From Bdellovibrionota bacterium FG-1 (lineage in GTDB: Bacteria; Bdellovibrionota; UBA1018), in assembly GCA_051382295.1 (NCBI GenBank), contig JBBCAW010000041.1:30504-94503 (forward strand): DNA of 64,000 bases. The letters run 5' to 3'. The translations under genes and the position numbers were made by a program. Of this stretch, positions 20,295 through 32,693 are shown one piece after another. Under the pieces are notes generated by a model that made no database searches, was not told the origin of the DNA, and saw nothing but the letters and a program-made list of their open reading frames with translations. Numbering within the stretch: position 1 is the stretch's first letter; each line of letters starts with the position of its first letter.

Positions 20295-21368
20295 TTATTG
20301 GAGTGCTTTAATGGGCTCTATCCCACAAAGCGGACCAACAACTCGCGTGACGCTACGCGTAAAAAACTCTTCAAGCGTGTCGTCGCCCGAAGGACGCATT
20401 TCGGCAGGGATAATATCATCGAGCAGTCCTGCTTGGGGCACTGCCATGATGCTGTATGGAAATGATTCTTGGGAGACGCCTGGACGATTGGGGCATAGCG
20501 GTTCAGCATATTCATCGGGAAGTCCCAAACGGTGCCCGAGTTCATGGACGATCATATTACAATACTCGCGGGTTCGTGCGGGTTCGCATGCAGTGCTGCA
20601 ATCCGAATTGAAATCCGTGATTTTACCTTTGGCTTGGCCTGGCTTGCACTGAGTTTGTGTGCAGGCGCGAGTCAGGCCTGCTGGAATTTTAATATTCGGA
20701 ATGACAAAGGGAAGACTGGGCACTTGAGGGAGTGGTACCTCGCCATCGAGCCCGTCAAAAAAGAACATTTTCGAATTGGATCGGCCTGCGCCGTTGACCA
20801 CGGTTAAGGTGTTGGCCGTGGGTGTTTGGTTTTTAAGTCTTTCTGAAAAGCTAAAAACCAGATTGACCCCGTAATGATTCCAATAGCGATTGACCGTAGG
20901 CATGCAAGCGCGAGTGGTTTCAAGAATTCGGGTGCGGAATTCTGCCTTGAGTCGTTGAGGCGGTTTTCCCCATTTTGAAGGTTTAATGAGAGAGTTGAGT
21001 TCCTCAGATGAAATGATATCGAGCAAAAGGTCTGCCTTGACGCTCACTCGTTTTTCTAGAGTTTTCGTGTTTTCATCCGGCTCACGCGTCAGCACATAAT
21101 CGGTACTGTCCCCCATCTGGTGATAGGGGTGGTCCTTATCCGGCTGCGCGGCGCACAACTGCGTCCAGTCATATTTAACTAGGATTGACGTACCCACTGC
21201 GACTTTGTCGGCGCAACTTTGTACAAACTTTTTACTCTGTTCTCTGACGCTGGGATTGGCCTCTGGGGTCGTGTCATCTGCTTGGGTGCTAAAAGTCATG
21301 AGGAGAGTTGCGGCCACAGAAGTCATCAACGCAATGGCTAAAATTTCGCGGGTTCGACTCGAAAGCAT
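20295..21368 (-). CDS. Secreted zinc metallopeptidase (metzincin-like)
   Basis: Signal peptide; HELGHRLGLPDEY zinc motif and SIM Met-turn. Confidence 0.8.
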   Translation of the reverse strand: MLSSRTREILAIALMTSVAATLLMTFSTQADDTTPEANPSVREQSKKFVQSCADKVAVGTSILVKYDWTQLCAAQPDKDHPYHQMGDSTDYVLTREPDENTKTLEKRVSVKADLLLDIISSEELNSLIKPSKWGKPPQRLKAEFRTRILETTRACMPTVNRYWNHYGVNLVFSFSERLKNQTPTANTLTVVNGAGRSNSKMFFFDGLDGEVPLPQVPSLPFVIPNIKIPAGLTRACTQTQCKPGQAKGKITDFNSDCSTACEPARTREYCNMIVHELGHRLGLPDEYAEPLCPNRPGVSQESFPYSIMAVPQAGLLDDIIPAEMRPSGDDTLEEFFTRSVTRVVGPLCGIEPIKALQ

Positions 21369-21400
21369 AAAAGAAACCTCACTCTGATGAGACTCACAAT

Positions 21401-21416
21401 TGCATTTTAGGTGCCA
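21401..21416 (-). promoter_or_regulatory. sigma54 -24/-12 promoter for the metallopeptidase
   Basis: Minus strand TGGCACCTAAAATGCA (GG-N10-GC), about 30 bp before the start codon. Confidence 0.65.
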
Positions 21417-21620
21417 GGGTGTTCTTTTTTTTAAGTTGCCGATAATAAAGAGAAAATCATGGAATAGTGTGAGGTGTTCCGTGATCTATCTGTCTAACAT
21501 TCAGGCAAGTGGCCAAACAACTATTTTGAGGAGACTGCGCACTTGCGAACGAGAAACTTGTCGATTTCACCTTAAACTTCGTTTACGCTCCTCGGTGGGT
21601 ACCTAAGGAGACTATCAAAA

Positions 21621-23783
21621 ATGAAATTTGCACCTTTCGAAGGACAGGCAGTCAAAACCCAACTCATTTCGGGCGAAAACGGTATTGCTGAGCTTCAATT
21701 CAACTTGAAGGACGACTCGGTCAATAAGTTTAACGCGCTCACCTTGCGTGAGCTGCGGGAGGCTATCACCAGTCTCAAGTCTGCCGAAGGAATTCAAGGC
21801 TTGTTGGTCACCAGCGCCAAGGACGTTTTTATTGTCGGCGCGGATGTCACTGAGTTTTTGGGCTATTTTAAACAGACCGAAGAACAGCTCGCGAGCTGGC
21901 TCAAAGAGGTTAACCAAACTTTCTCGGATGTCGAAGATTTTTCATTTCCTACCGTGACCGCGATCAATGGTTTTGCTTTTGGTGGCGGCTTTGAGTTTGC
22001 CTTGGCAACTTGTTACCGAGTCATGGCGGATTCCACAAAAGTCGGGCTTCCTGAAACAAAATTAGGAATTTTTCCAGGCTGGGGTGGCACTGTACGGTTG
22101 TCTCGCGTCACTGGTGCCGACAATGCGATCGAATGGATTGCCTCAGGTGAGCAATGGAAGTCCGATGTTGCTCTCAAGATTGGCGCGGTGGATGCCGTGG
22201 TTCCGAGTGATCGGGTACGCGATGTAGCTCTTTCCATGTTGAAGGACGCCGTGGCAGGAAAATTGGATTGGAAAGCGCGAGTCACTGAAAAGAAGTCACC
22301 GCTTAAATTGAATGCCATTGAATCCACGATGGTTTTCGAAGGAGCCAAAGCCTTTGTGGGGGGACAAGCAGGCCCAAATTATCCCGCGCCCGTCGCTGCT
22401 ATTGAAGTCATGCAAAAGGGCGCAAACAAAACTCGTGAGGAAGCCCTTGCCATTGAAGGTGCGGCTTTTGCGAAAATGGCCAAAACTCCTACGGCCGCCG
22501 CTTTGGTGGGCCTGTTTTTGGGAGATCAGGCTCTCAAAAAAATGAGCAAAAAAGCTTCAAAAGAAGCCAAGCCCGTGCAGACGGCCGCTGTCCTCGGAGC
22601 AGGGATTATGGGGGGCGGGGTAGCCTATCAATCGGCTTCCAAGGGGATCCCCATTTACATGAAGGATATCGCCACCAAGGCCATCGATTTGGGTCTGAGT
22701 GAAGCCGCTAAGTTGCTCGATAAACAAGTCACTCGTGGTAAGCTTTCGTCCGCTAAGATGGCTGAGACGATGGCCAGGATTCGCCCGGCGCTTTCGTATG
22801 GGGACTTTCAGAATTTGGACTTTGTCGTTGAGGCCGTCGTTGAAAACGAGAAGATCAAAAAGAGTGTGCTCGCCGAGACCGAAGCGGCCTGCAAACCCGG
22901 GACAATCCTCAGTAGCAATACCTCCACTATTTCCATTACGCGCCTGTCGGACTCGCTCAAGCACCCCGAAAATTTTGTCGGGATGCACTTCTTTAATCCG
23001 GTCCATCGGATGCCCCTGGTAGAAATTATTCGAGGCAAAAAGTCGAGTGACGCCGCGGTGGCCACTGCAGTGAGTTACGCGACCGCCATGGGAAAAACTC
23101 CGATCGTCGTGAATGACTGTGCAGGGTTTCTCGTGAATCGTGTTCTGTTTCCGTATTTTGCCGGATTTATGAAGCTTTTGAATGACGGTGTGGATTTTCA
23201 ACGCATTGACAAGGTGATGGAAAAGTTCGGTTGGCCCATGGGGCCGGCCTATCTTTTGGATGTGGTCGGAATTGATACCGCTCATCATGCGGATAGCGTG
23301 ATGGCGACGGAATTTCCAGATCGCATGAAGCACGAAGGCAAAACTGCGATTGAAGTGATGTATGAAAATAAACGCTTCGGTCAAAAAAATGGCGTTGGAT
23401 TTTATAAATACACTCCGGATAAAAAGGGACCACCCAAGAAAGAAGCGGACCCTTCGGCTTATGAGTTATTGAAGCCACTGATTCATGGAAGCCCTAAAGA
23501 CGTTTCCGACGCCGAAATCGTGGATCGCATCATGCTTCCTATGATCATCGAATGCTCGCGTTGCCTTGAGGGCAAGATTGTTTCGACCCCGGTTGAAGTC
23601 GATTTGGGATTGATTTATGGCCTCGGCTTTCCACCGTTCAGGGGCGGCGCGCTTCGGTATTCCGACGCCCGTGGCTTGAAAGATCTTTGTCAAGCGGGTG
23701 AGCGGTATAGCGCTTTGGGTAAGTTGTATGAACCGACCGCCCAGATGCGTAAATTGGCGAACGAAAACAAAGGGTTTTACTGA
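21621..23783 (+). CDS. fadB: Fatty acid oxidation complex alpha subunit
   Basis: Enoyl-CoA hydratase domain ([18 protein letters not shown]) plus 3-hydroxyacyl-CoA dehydrogenase ([14 protein letters not shown]). Confidence 0.96.
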   Translation: MKFAPFEGQAVKTQLISGENGIAELQFNLKDDSVNKFNALTLRELREAITSLKSAEGIQGLLVTSAKDVFIVGADVTEFLGYFKQTEEQLASWLKEVNQTFSDVEDFSFPTVTAINGFAFGGGFEFALATCYRVMADSTKVGLPETKLGIFPGWGGTVRLSRVTGADNAIEWIASGEQWKSDVALKIGAVDAVVPSDRVRDVALSMLKDAVAGKLDWKARVTEKKSPLKLNAIESTMVFEGAKAFVGGQAGPNYPAPVAAIEVMQKGANKTREEALAIEGAAFAKMAKTPTAAALVGLFLGDQALKKMSKKASKEAKPVQTAAVLGAGIMGGGVAYQSASKGIPIYMKDIATKAIDLGLSEAAKLLDKQVTRGKLSSAKMAETMARIRPALSYGDFQNLDFVVEAVVENEKIKKSVLAETEAACKPGTILSSNTSTISITRLSDSLKHPENFVGMHFFNPVHRMPLVEIIRGKKSSDAAVATAVSYATAMGKTPIVVNDCAGFLVNRVLFPYFAGFMKLLNDGVDFQRIDKVMEKFGWPMGPAYLLDVVGIDTAHHADSVMATEFPDRMKHEGKTAIEVMYENKRFGQKNGVGFYKYTPDKKGPPKKEADPSAYELLKPLIHGSPKDVSDAEIVDRIMLPMIIECSRCLEGKIVSTPVEVDLGLIYGLGFPPFRGGALRYSDARGLKDLCQAGERYSALGKLYEPTAQMRKLANENKGFY

Positions 23784-25342
<1,559 letters not shown>

Positions 25343-25349
25343 ACCTAAA

Positions 25350-25376
25350 GGATCGGAACTTTGGACCCAAACTTGA
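25350..25376 (-). promoter_or_regulatory. Putative sigma28 (FliA) promoter
   Basis: Minus strand TCAA-N15-TCCGATCC, just before ATG 25342. Confidence 0.4.
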
Positions 25377-25474
25377 GTCTTTTTACCCGACTAATGAGGT
25401 TTTGAGGGCTTTTCTTTTTTGAATTCTAGGTGTTAAATAGAAAAGTTCATTTCATTAGCCAGAAGGAGTGTTCT

Positions 25475-27304
25475 ATGGATCGGAACCCAAATGTGAGTCC
25501 CTTTGGAAACCCTTGGCAGGGATTTGCCCATGTTGATCATCGGGTTGAGGAGTACGAAGGGATTCTCAGAACTCTTCGCTTTGCCCTGATTCAGCTCAAT
25601 AAATTTTGGGTAGAAATTAACTCCTTTCCCGTTTTCATGAATGAAATGAAGGGATCTTCGATTCGTGAGATTGAACGTTTGCTTCAGTGGTTCCAGCAAA
25701 CCCCCCGCTGGCACGAGGTGCTTTTGCAGCCACGCTTGATTTCGGACTTGCGGCAACCTCCTTTGCGCGCAGCCCTTTTGGACTTTGTAGAATGTGTTTC
25801 ACGGGCGGGCGACTTAAGGGCTTCGACGCTTGAAATTCAGAGTCGGCCTCTTCCTGAGGTTTCGGCGCTCCAGTCATCATTGGCGCAGCTAGGCCTTGCG
25901 ATCGCATTGACACGTCAGCTTGGTCTTGAGGGTGGCAAAATCATCGACGTGCAATGCCGGATCCATGAAGTGAGTCGCCGGCTAGAACGAAATCGGAAAA
26001 TTCACGGTTTTTTTGGGAAACTTTCGTCCAAATGGGGTCTTCCGGAGGCCACCTGTCTTTTTCAATGCGCCCGACTGTTTCGATGTATGGACTTGATCCG
26101 CCAGACGCCGCGGGAGATCCTTTCGTGGCGCAGTCCGCAAATTTTGGGAGAGCAACAAAAAATTCGGATTCAATCGTGGCAGGATCGTGTCAAAGCCACT
26201 CTTGAAAGCCGAAAAGGGCTGATGCAACACTTCGAACTCCACCAAGCGGCTAGTGCAAATAGTCTAAGAGAGCTCGCGACAGCCCTGAAAAAGGGCGGGG
26301 CCTTCAGAGCGTTTACGACCGCCTTTAAGGACGCAAACAAGTTTTATGAGACGTTGCTTAAGCCGGAAATAAACGTCAAAGTCGTCTCGAAAGAAACTCC
26401 AGAAAACCGGGCTGATCGCCTTCTCGAGTGGGCAACCTATCTAGAAAAAAAGGTGGTTTTTGAGAACAGTACTGAGGGACGCGCGTTTTTTGCCCCCCAT
26501 TTTAATGGGATTGACACTGATTTTACCCAAGCTTTGAAAACCCATGATTGGGGCTGTGAGCTTCGAAGTGAAATGCAGGTGGGAAATACGGCAACGTTAG
26601 AGGGACAAAGAGACGCAGAGTATTGCGCAAAGTTGTTGGAATGGGCTTTTTCAGCTCCCGCTGCGGCACTCTGGGGTGCCGCTGAGGAATCAGGCAACGC
26701 CGAAGCGCTTCAGGCTCAAAAATTTTTGTTAGAACCCGAATACGATTTGGGACGCGGTTTTCAGAGTGTTGCCCGCGAAGAAGAAGTACGTTTAATTGAG
26801 GTCACACGTCTGGTTGAAAGTCTTGAAAATTTGACTATTCGGCCTGAAACTACTTTAAATCGTTTGAGTGAGTTGCGCGGCTTGGTTGAAGAGAGATTAC
26901 TTTTACTCAGGCGAATAGAGTCCTGGTCTGAGATGAGAAGTTTACTCAAAAATCATTTCTTAGGCGAGGAAACTGATTTAACTTTGATTGAAAACCCACG
27001 GCTTTATATCGAGTTTATTGAAACGGCACCTTTGCCGGAATCATTGCGAAATTCGCTCTTAACGGCCCACGGCCCTGCACGACTCCATGATACGCGATCT
27101 TTAGTGGCTCCGGCCCTCAATGGGCTCGTTGCCGTAAAAGATCATCTTCAACGGCTTGAAATCGCGACGAATGGGCAATCGCGAATGCTGGAAGATGAGC
27201 CGCTTCTGGATTTGATTCAACGTCTGCAACGCGCCTTAAAAAACCCCCAAGGATTAGCAGAATGGGTTGATCAGGCAAAAACACAGACCCGCTGGCAACA
27301 GTAA
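25475..27304 (+). CDS. Helical hypothetical protein resembling the central insert of DUF4011-type SF1 helicases, with no NTPase motifs
   Basis: AAGGAG RBS before ATG 25475; repeated FNGIDTDF/FLGEETDL motifs; no Walker A seen. Confidence 0.55.
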   Translation: MDRNPNVSPFGNPWQGFAHVDHRVEEYEGILRTLRFALIQLNKFWVEINSFPVFMNEMKGSSIREIERLLQWFQQTPRWHEVLLQPRLISDLRQPPLRAALLDFVECVSRAGDLRASTLEIQSRPLPEVSALQSSLAQLGLAIALTRQLGLEGGKIIDVQCRIHEVSRRLERNRKIHGFFGKLSSKWGLPEATCLFQCARLFRCMDLIRQTPREILSWRSPQILGEQQKIRIQSWQDRVKATLESRKGLMQHFELHQAASANSLRELATALKKGGAFRAFTTAFKDANKFYETLLKPEINVKVVSKETPENRADRLLEWATYLEKKVVFENSTEGRAFFAPHFNGIDTDFTQALKTHDWGCELRSEMQVGNTATLEGQRDAEYCAKLLEWAFSAPAAALWGAAEESGNAEALQAQKFLLEPEYDLGRGFQSVAREEEVRLIEVTRLVESLENLTIRPETTLNRLSELRGLVEERLLLLRRIESWSEMRSLLKNHFLGEETDLTLIENPRLYIEFIETAPLPESLRNSLLTAHGPARLHDTRSLVAPALNGLVAVKDHLQRLEIATNGQSRMLEDEPLLDLIQRLQRALKNPQGLAEWVDQAKTQTRWQQ

Positions 27305-27359
27305 TTGACACGATGCATTAATAATGATAACGATTCCTTCCTGAAAGGCGGGAATCTCA

Positions 27360-27902
27360 ATGACCTTGCTCTCAAGAACACACGCTCAGACTTTCATTCT
27401 CCTCTCTCTCGTTCTTTTGCTGTCAGTCCAGCAGTGGCCTTCAGTCGCTCAAGCCGCGCCATCTTCCACTTTAGTTAAAGTTCAGGAACTTCGAGCACGG
27501 TTTAAAGATGCAATAGCGCCTACCGTTCGTGATCTTCACTTGGGTGAGGACTGGGATTGCCGGTATTGGTCAGCTCTTGAGGAGAGTGGGGAAGAATACT
27601 CTGTACCGGCGTACTACCGCTTTATGCAGAGTTCCGACGGGCGTGGAATCGTTTTAAAAGATGACCCAGCGATGGAACCTTATCGATTTACCTCGACTGC
27701 TTTGGTGGCCGCTGAAAAATGGGGAAGCGGCACTGTGGGTTTTGATCATATTCGTATCGGTGAGCAAGGTGAGCTGCTCGTGGAGTTTACTCTCCCACAT
27801 TGCTCTGGCTTCGGGTGTCTTTTTCCTTTGATTCGGAAGTCTTCAGTGGATGATTGCTGGGCGTTTGCGATTGGATACCGTGAATGTCGCCTCCCGCAGT
27901 AA
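27360..27902 (+). CDS. Secreted Cys-containing hypothetical protein
   Basis: Signal peptide ending AQA; several Cys. Confidence 0.65.
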   Translation: MTLLSRTHAQTFILLSLVLLLSVQQWPSVAQAAPSSTLVKVQELRARFKDAIAPTVRDLHLGEDWDCRYWSALEESGEEYSVPAYYRFMQSSDGRGIVLKDDPAMEPYRFTSTALVAAEKWGSGTVGFDHIRIGEQGELLVEFTLPHCSGFGCLFPLIRKSSVDDCWAFAIGYRECRLPQ

Positions 27903-28836
27903 GCGCAGCGGGCGATTTGAGAGTCAAAAAGGTAGTTGGAACGCCCTTGTGCTTGAGAATGTCTTGGCAGTATGGACTCACGTAGTAACGCGCCTTGTCG
28001 AGTTGGCTAATTTCCGCACACTTCTTAACGTCAATGGGGCAGCTCAAGCCCATGCGTTTTAGGTTTTGTTCCACTCTTGTAGCGATGGAGGGGAGCATTT
28101 CGCTGCAGTTGATGGCCTCATCCCATGCATCATTGACATAATCGGCCCAGGAAAAATTACGCGCTTTGACCCAGTGTTTACCACCTGCGCAACGAACGTA
28201 AGGATGTCCCCCTTGGTAAAGCTCATGCCAAAAACGGTAGCCTTGGTAATTAGCGGCCATATCAGCATACGACATGACGCCGCTCGTGGAGAGTCCCCAA
28301 TATCCGTCTTCGTGGTGCTCATACTGCATCACGTGGTCTAGATTTGCCCCTTCGAGATCTACGCGGTTGAAATAGCTAAGCCCTTGCATAAAAAAGTGCC
28401 CAAGTTTATCGGTTCCTACAATATGTCCATTTAACCTGAGCGAGCGACCAATCCCGCCCACCCACATGCCCATGGACTCCCTAAATGACACGCCGGCGTA
28501 AATACTTTCGTTGACGCCCTCCTGAGTATGTTGAATTTCATCCGTCAAAACGGCCCAAAATTCTAAAACCCCAATGGGATCGGGCCCGGTCCATCGGACA
28601 ATTTCTTGCCTCAGGCCGACGTGGCTGCAGCGATCTGGGGATTCCTGATTGGCGGTATGAATCGCATGTTGCAGAATCTTGTTAATCCGCTGGTCCAAAA
28701 CAACCAGGGCATCTCGCGTCAGCGTGTTGCGGCTCGTATAATTGTCAACCTCGTGAGCATGGATAGCGGGCGAGGTTGCGCCAAAAAGACTGAAGGCCAG
28801 GATGGCTCCGAACCCGACCTTTGGGGTATTGCGCAT
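27787..28836 (-). CDS. Secreted hypothetical protein (HEVDNY / GTDKLGHFF / SYADMAANYQG motifs)
   Basis: Signal peptide; conserved-looking motifs; 116-bp convergent 3' overlap with the previous gene. Confidence 0.7.
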   Translation of the reverse strand: MRNTPKVGFGAILAFSLFGATSPAIHAHEVDNYTSRNTLTRDALVVLDQRINKILQHAIHTANQESPDRCSHVGLRQEIVRWTGPDPIGVLEFWAVLTDEIQHTQEGVNESIYAGVSFRESMGMWVGGIGRSLRLNGHIVGTDKLGHFFMQGLSYFNRVDLEGANLDHVMQYEHHEDGYWGLSTSGVMSYADMAANYQGYRFWHELYQGGHPYVRCAGGKHWVKARNFSWADYVNDAWDEAINCSEMLPSIATRVEQNLKRMGLSCPIDVKKCAEISQLDKARYYVSPYCQDILKHKGVPTTFLTLKSPAALTAGGDIHGIQSQTPSNHPLKTSESKEKDTRSQSNVGE

Positions 28837-29040
28837 TTACTGAGTTTAACTTTGAGTCGAAACAAATTCAGGCAAAAAACCGTAAAATCAGCAAAATAAT
28901 AGGCGCTTAGGCAAATATTACCTAAAAAGCCCCAAACATGACGAAACAACTCGGGTCAGGTCGGGATTGCCGAAATCGTAAGAGCATGGGATATATAGAA
29001 AAATTAGTTCTAGTGACCTAATAACGGAGAAGAGTGCCCC

Positions 29041-30267
29041 ATGATTGATCAGTTCGATAATGGTGATAGTGGCGATGATGGCGAAGAGAAAGTTAAAAAA
29101 TCCAATGAATTCGCTCACATGCTGGAGGCTTCTTTTAAAACCCAGCAGAAACGTCTTTCAGTGGGGGATAAAATCCAGGCTGAAATTCTGGTGACAGGCA
29201 AAGAGGACATTTTCGTTTCAACCGGAACGATGAATGATGGAGTGGTGTCCAGGCGAGAGCTACTCAACCAGGATGGACTTTTCACCTATAAGCAGGGCGA
29301 TATTTTATCGCTCTATGTCACCCAAGTGCGAGGCACGGAGATTTTTCTTTCGCCTAAGGCTACTTCAAAAAACCTGGCCGGCGACCTTGAAGATGCCTTT
29401 GACATGATGATGCCCATTGAAGGGCGGGTTGTTGAAGTGGTTAAAGGTGGTTTTCGCGTTTCCATTAAAGGGAAGCTCGCTTTTTGCCCTGTCAGTCACC
29501 TGGACTCAAAGCATATTGACAATTTGGAAGACTATATCGGAAAGAAATTTGAATTTCGAATTACGAAATTTGAAGAAGGGGGCCGCAATATCGTAGTTTC
29601 TCGTCGAAAAATTTTGGAGGACGAGCGCGAACTGAGTATGGGAAATTTTACCACGGAGCACAAAGCGGGCGATGTGGTGCCAGGTAAGATAGCAAGACTG
29701 GAAAAGTTTGGGGCGTTCGTTGAATTAGCGCCTGGTATGGATGGTCTGGTGCACGTATCCGAAATCGCCTGGTCGAGGGTGAATGATCCCGCCGAAGTTT
29801 TGCGTGTCGGGGATCCTGTGCAGGTCAAGATTTTAAAGATGGAAAATCCAGATGGAAAATTCCGTATTTCGCTTTCGATTAAACAGGCCGGAGCAGGGAC
29901 TGATCCCTGGACCTTGGCCAGTCAAAAGTTTCCGGTGGGTACGATTCTCAGCGGTAAGGTGGAACGACGCGAGGCCTATGGTCTGTTTATCCGTTTGGAT
30001 GACTGTATTACCGGACTTCTCCCTAAGTCAAAAGCTCTTGAAAGTCCTGAATTTGCTTTCGATAAATTCAAAGTAGGCGATTCGGTGACTATTCAGGTGA
30101 GCGAATTACGAACAGACGAGCATCGGATTTCGCTTTGTGTGCCACGAGACCCAGGAGCCGATGACTGGAAGGGGTTTGTCGCCTCTGGGTCCAATCATGA
30201 GCTGGGAACCTTAGGCGGCGCTCTCGGCGCTCAGCTCAAGGCCGCTTTGGAGAAAAAAAGAAAGTAA
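29041..30267 (+). CDS. RpsA-like protein with four S1 RNA-binding domains
   Basis: Four S1 repeats (e.g. FGAFVEL..GMDGLVHVSEIAW); C-terminal LGTLGGAL tail; shorter than six-domain RpsA. Confidence 0.85.
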   Translation: MIDQFDNGDSGDDGEEKVKKSNEFAHMLEASFKTQQKRLSVGDKIQAEILVTGKEDIFVSTGTMNDGVVSRRELLNQDGLFTYKQGDILSLYVTQVRGTEIFLSPKATSKNLAGDLEDAFDMMMPIEGRVVEVVKGGFRVSIKGKLAFCPVSHLDSKHIDNLEDYIGKKFEFRITKFEEGGRNIVVSRRKILEDERELSMGNFTTEHKAGDVVPGKIARLEKFGAFVELAPGMDGLVHVSEIAWSRVNDPAEVLRVGDPVQVKILKMENPDGKFRISLSIKQAGAGTDPWTLASQKFPVGTILSGKVERREAYGLFIRLDDCITGLLPKSKALESPEFAFDKFKVGDSVTIQVSELRTDEHRISLCVPRDPGADDWKGFVASGSNHELGTLGGALGAQLKAALEKKRK

Positions 30268-30666
30268 ATGGCCAAAACCGTACTCATTGTCGATGATGTT
30301 CCTTTTGCACGCAAAGCGCTGACTGAGATTTTGACCTCTGCTTACTACCAGATCGTGGGTGAAGCGTCTAATGGGGTTGAGGCGCTCGCAATGTATGCCA
30401 AACTTCGTCCCGATTTGGTGACTATGGATATCGTGATGCCTACAATGAGTGGTATTGAAGCCACGCGCAAGCTCTGCAAGGCCGACCCAGATGCTCGGAT
30501 TGTGGTCGTTTCTGGAATTGTGCAAGACAATTTGATTATGGAGGTGATTGCATTGGGCGCTAAAGATTTTATTACTAAACCTTTTACGCCTGATGATGTT
30601 CTCAAAATCATTGAGCTCGCGATGGTTGATGAGTCGCAGCTTTCAAATCGTAGCGGAAAACGTTAA
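30268..30666 (+). CDS. Single-domain CheY-like response regulator
   Basis: VDD, DIVMP, KPF motifs; starts immediately after the S1 gene stop. Confidence 0.9.
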   Translation: MAKTVLIVDDVPFARKALTEILTSAYYQIVGEASNGVEALAMYAKLRPDLVTMDIVMPTMSGIEATRKLCKADPDARIVVVSGIVQDNLIMEVIALGAKDFITKPFTPDDVLKIIELAMVDESQLSNRSGKR

Positions 30667-32594
30667 CTGTTTGAAAAACCGGACTGGACCGGGACCGTGG
30701 CCACCACAAGGGTCATGTCATCGGGTCGTGCTTTGTCGCCGTCCCCAAAAAATCGTAGGGCCTCGTCTATCACGGAGTCGCAGGCGTGCACCGCCTGTTG
30801 GTTGGCCTCGCCCGCATGGGAGGCCAACATCTTCAGAAATGCAGGCTTGTTGATTTTTGCTCCGTCCGACGGGCGTGATTCCATAATCCCGTCTGTGTAC
30901 CAAAACACCCGATCCCCCGGGTGAATTTGAAATAGGGTGCTTTTGACTTCGATAGTGGCATTTTCGCCCAAAGAGGCGATTCGAGCGCCCATAAGTGGCT
31001 TAAAGCATTTGATTGGGTTGCTGGCGGCTTTGTTGTCGGGGCTGCCGAAACCCTCGGGTTTTCGGTAGATGTAGATCGGTGGGTGGGACGCGTTGGTCAT
31101 CGTCATTTGACCTGTTTTTAGGTCAATAATCGAAGCCACAAAGGTCATGGTGGATTGGTGTCCCCCTGCGGCCACCACCACTGAGTTGAGTGACGAGATG
31201 AGGATCTCCATTGAAACCAGTTCCTCGGGTTTTTTAGAAAATTGATCCATGAGTAGCGAAAAGGCGCTATGTGCGGCTGCGGTCACCAGAGCCGCCGAAA
31301 CCCCATGACCGGTCACGTCCCCTACGACCACAATCAGCTGATCTCCGATCTGCGAGTAGTGCCACCAATCCCCAGCGCACTCGGAGGCGGGGACGTATCT
31401 CCCCGCAATGGAGATGGCAGCATTGTCAAAAGGCTTTGCTGGAAAAAATCGGCTCTGAACCGTCTGCGCGGTCTCGAGTTCTTTTTCCATTCGCGCCTTT
31501 TCAGCGGTTTGGATCATCAGTTCATCAATTTTATTGGCCATGACATTAAACGAATGAGCCAGGCCCCCCACTTCGTCCTTGGACATTCCCTGGGTGTTCA
31601 CACGCACTGAGAAGTCGCCGTTAGCCACTTTTTGGGTTGCATGCCACATTTCTCTCAGCTTACGGGTGAGTGTCCGAACTGAAAGCAAAGTCGCCCCGGT
31701 TGCCAGCAATAAAATACTCAGACCCAACACTAAGGAGCGGGCCACTAACTGTTTGGCAGCGACAAAGGCCGTATCTCGTGAAATCAAACTTGTGACCGTG
31801 AGCTTTTTCGAACCCAGCCGCTGATAACCTGCAATATACTCCTTGCCTCGATGATTCCAATCGCGCACTCCGGATTCAAAGGTCCCCGAAGTAAGAGCGC
31901 GCGAAAACGCATCAAATGCCTCGGGGGCAATTGTCCCCTCGGTCGATGGTTTGGTCAGCAGTGTGTGGCCGAGGTGATCCACCAAACGGATCTCATAATT
32001 TTTGCCTCCATCTTTAAGAAAACCCGCATCGAGTTGTGTCAGCGTAAAAAACGCCACCGGCTTGCCCTCTCCGTCGGTCGCTCTCACTCCTACCGGAATG
32101 CGCGGAGTCCCGTTGGCGACCGGGATTGGAATTCCGATGAGGATCGGCTCTTGATCAAACGCTTGCGGAGTCCATCCAACGAGCGCTAACGCCTCTGTAT
32201 AGTGAGCACTTTCAGCATCACCGACGTGCGCGAGCAACTCAAAGTGCTCAGTGTCGGAAGGGCGCAAAACCAGCGCGCCCGTAATCCCGAGTTCCTTCGA
32301 GTATTGATTAAACAATGCCTGAGCAGGTGAGGATGCTCCAGGCGTAGGGTTAACGGGATCATTTGCTCGAACGAGATTGCTGACCATCCGGCCTACGGAA
32401 TTAATTTTTTGAAATCGAGAATCAATTTTATCAGCGGCGGATTTAACCTCTGCTAAGGTGTAATCGTAAATATAAGAAACCTTGTCTTCAATGATCAAAT
32501 GGGTCCCCACATAGAGGTACGAAAGCAAACTGATCGCCAGCGCTCCGATGATCAAAATCAGGATTTTGAATCGAATAGATAATTGAGTTTTCAA
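30663..32594 (-). CDS. Membrane sensor PP2C/SpoIIE phosphatase (periplasmic Cache-like + HAMP + SpoIIE)
   Basis: Two TMs, HAMP (DEVGGLAHSFNVM), GDWW, GDVTGHG, YTDG, DDMT motifs. Confidence 0.9.
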   Translation of the reverse strand: MKTQLSIRFKILILIIGALAISLLSYLYVGTHLIIEDKVSYIYDYTLAEVKSAADKIDSRFQKINSVGRMVSNLVRANDPVNPTPGASSPAQALFNQYSKELGITGALVLRPSDTEHFELLAHVGDAESAHYTEALALVGWTPQAFDQEPILIGIPIPVANGTPRIPVGVRATDGEGKPVAFFTLTQLDAGFLKDGGKNYEIRLVDHLGHTLLTKPSTEGTIAPEAFDAFSRALTSGTFESGVRDWNHRGKEYIAGYQRLGSKKLTVTSLISRDTAFVAAKQLVARSLVLGLSILLLATGATLLSVRTLTRKLREMWHATQKVANGDFSVRVNTQGMSKDEVGGLAHSFNVMANKIDELMIQTAEKARMEKELETAQTVQSRFFPAKPFDNAAISIAGRYVPASECAGDWWHYSQIGDQLIVVVGDVTGHGVSAALVTAAAHSAFSLLMDQFSKKPEELVSMEILISSLNSVVVAAGGHQSTMTFVASIIDLKTGQMTMTNASHPPIYIYRKPEGFGSPDNKAASNPIKCFKPLMGARIASLGENATIEVKSTLFQIHPGDRVFWYTDGIMESRPSDGAKINKPAFLKMLASHAGEANQQAVHACDSVIDEALRFFGDGDKARPDDMTLVVATVPVQSGFSNS

Positions 32595-32620
32595 TGGTAA
32601 AGGGGGTCTCCTTAGTTTTC

Positions 32621-32647
32621 TTATCGACGAACGAGTTCAAGGCTTGA
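32621..32647 (-). promoter_or_regulatory. Putative sigma28 (FliA) promoter for the PP2C gene
   Basis: Minus strand TCAA-N15-GTCGATAA. Confidence 0.5.
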
Positions 32648-32693
32648 GTCTTTGTTGATAAATTCCGATAGGCTTTATTGAGAAATCAAAGAC

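Noticed and set aside
22557..23384. 275-aa antisense ORF within fadB (and other antisense ORFs in the track)
   Set aside because: Shadow ORFs opposite well-supported genes.
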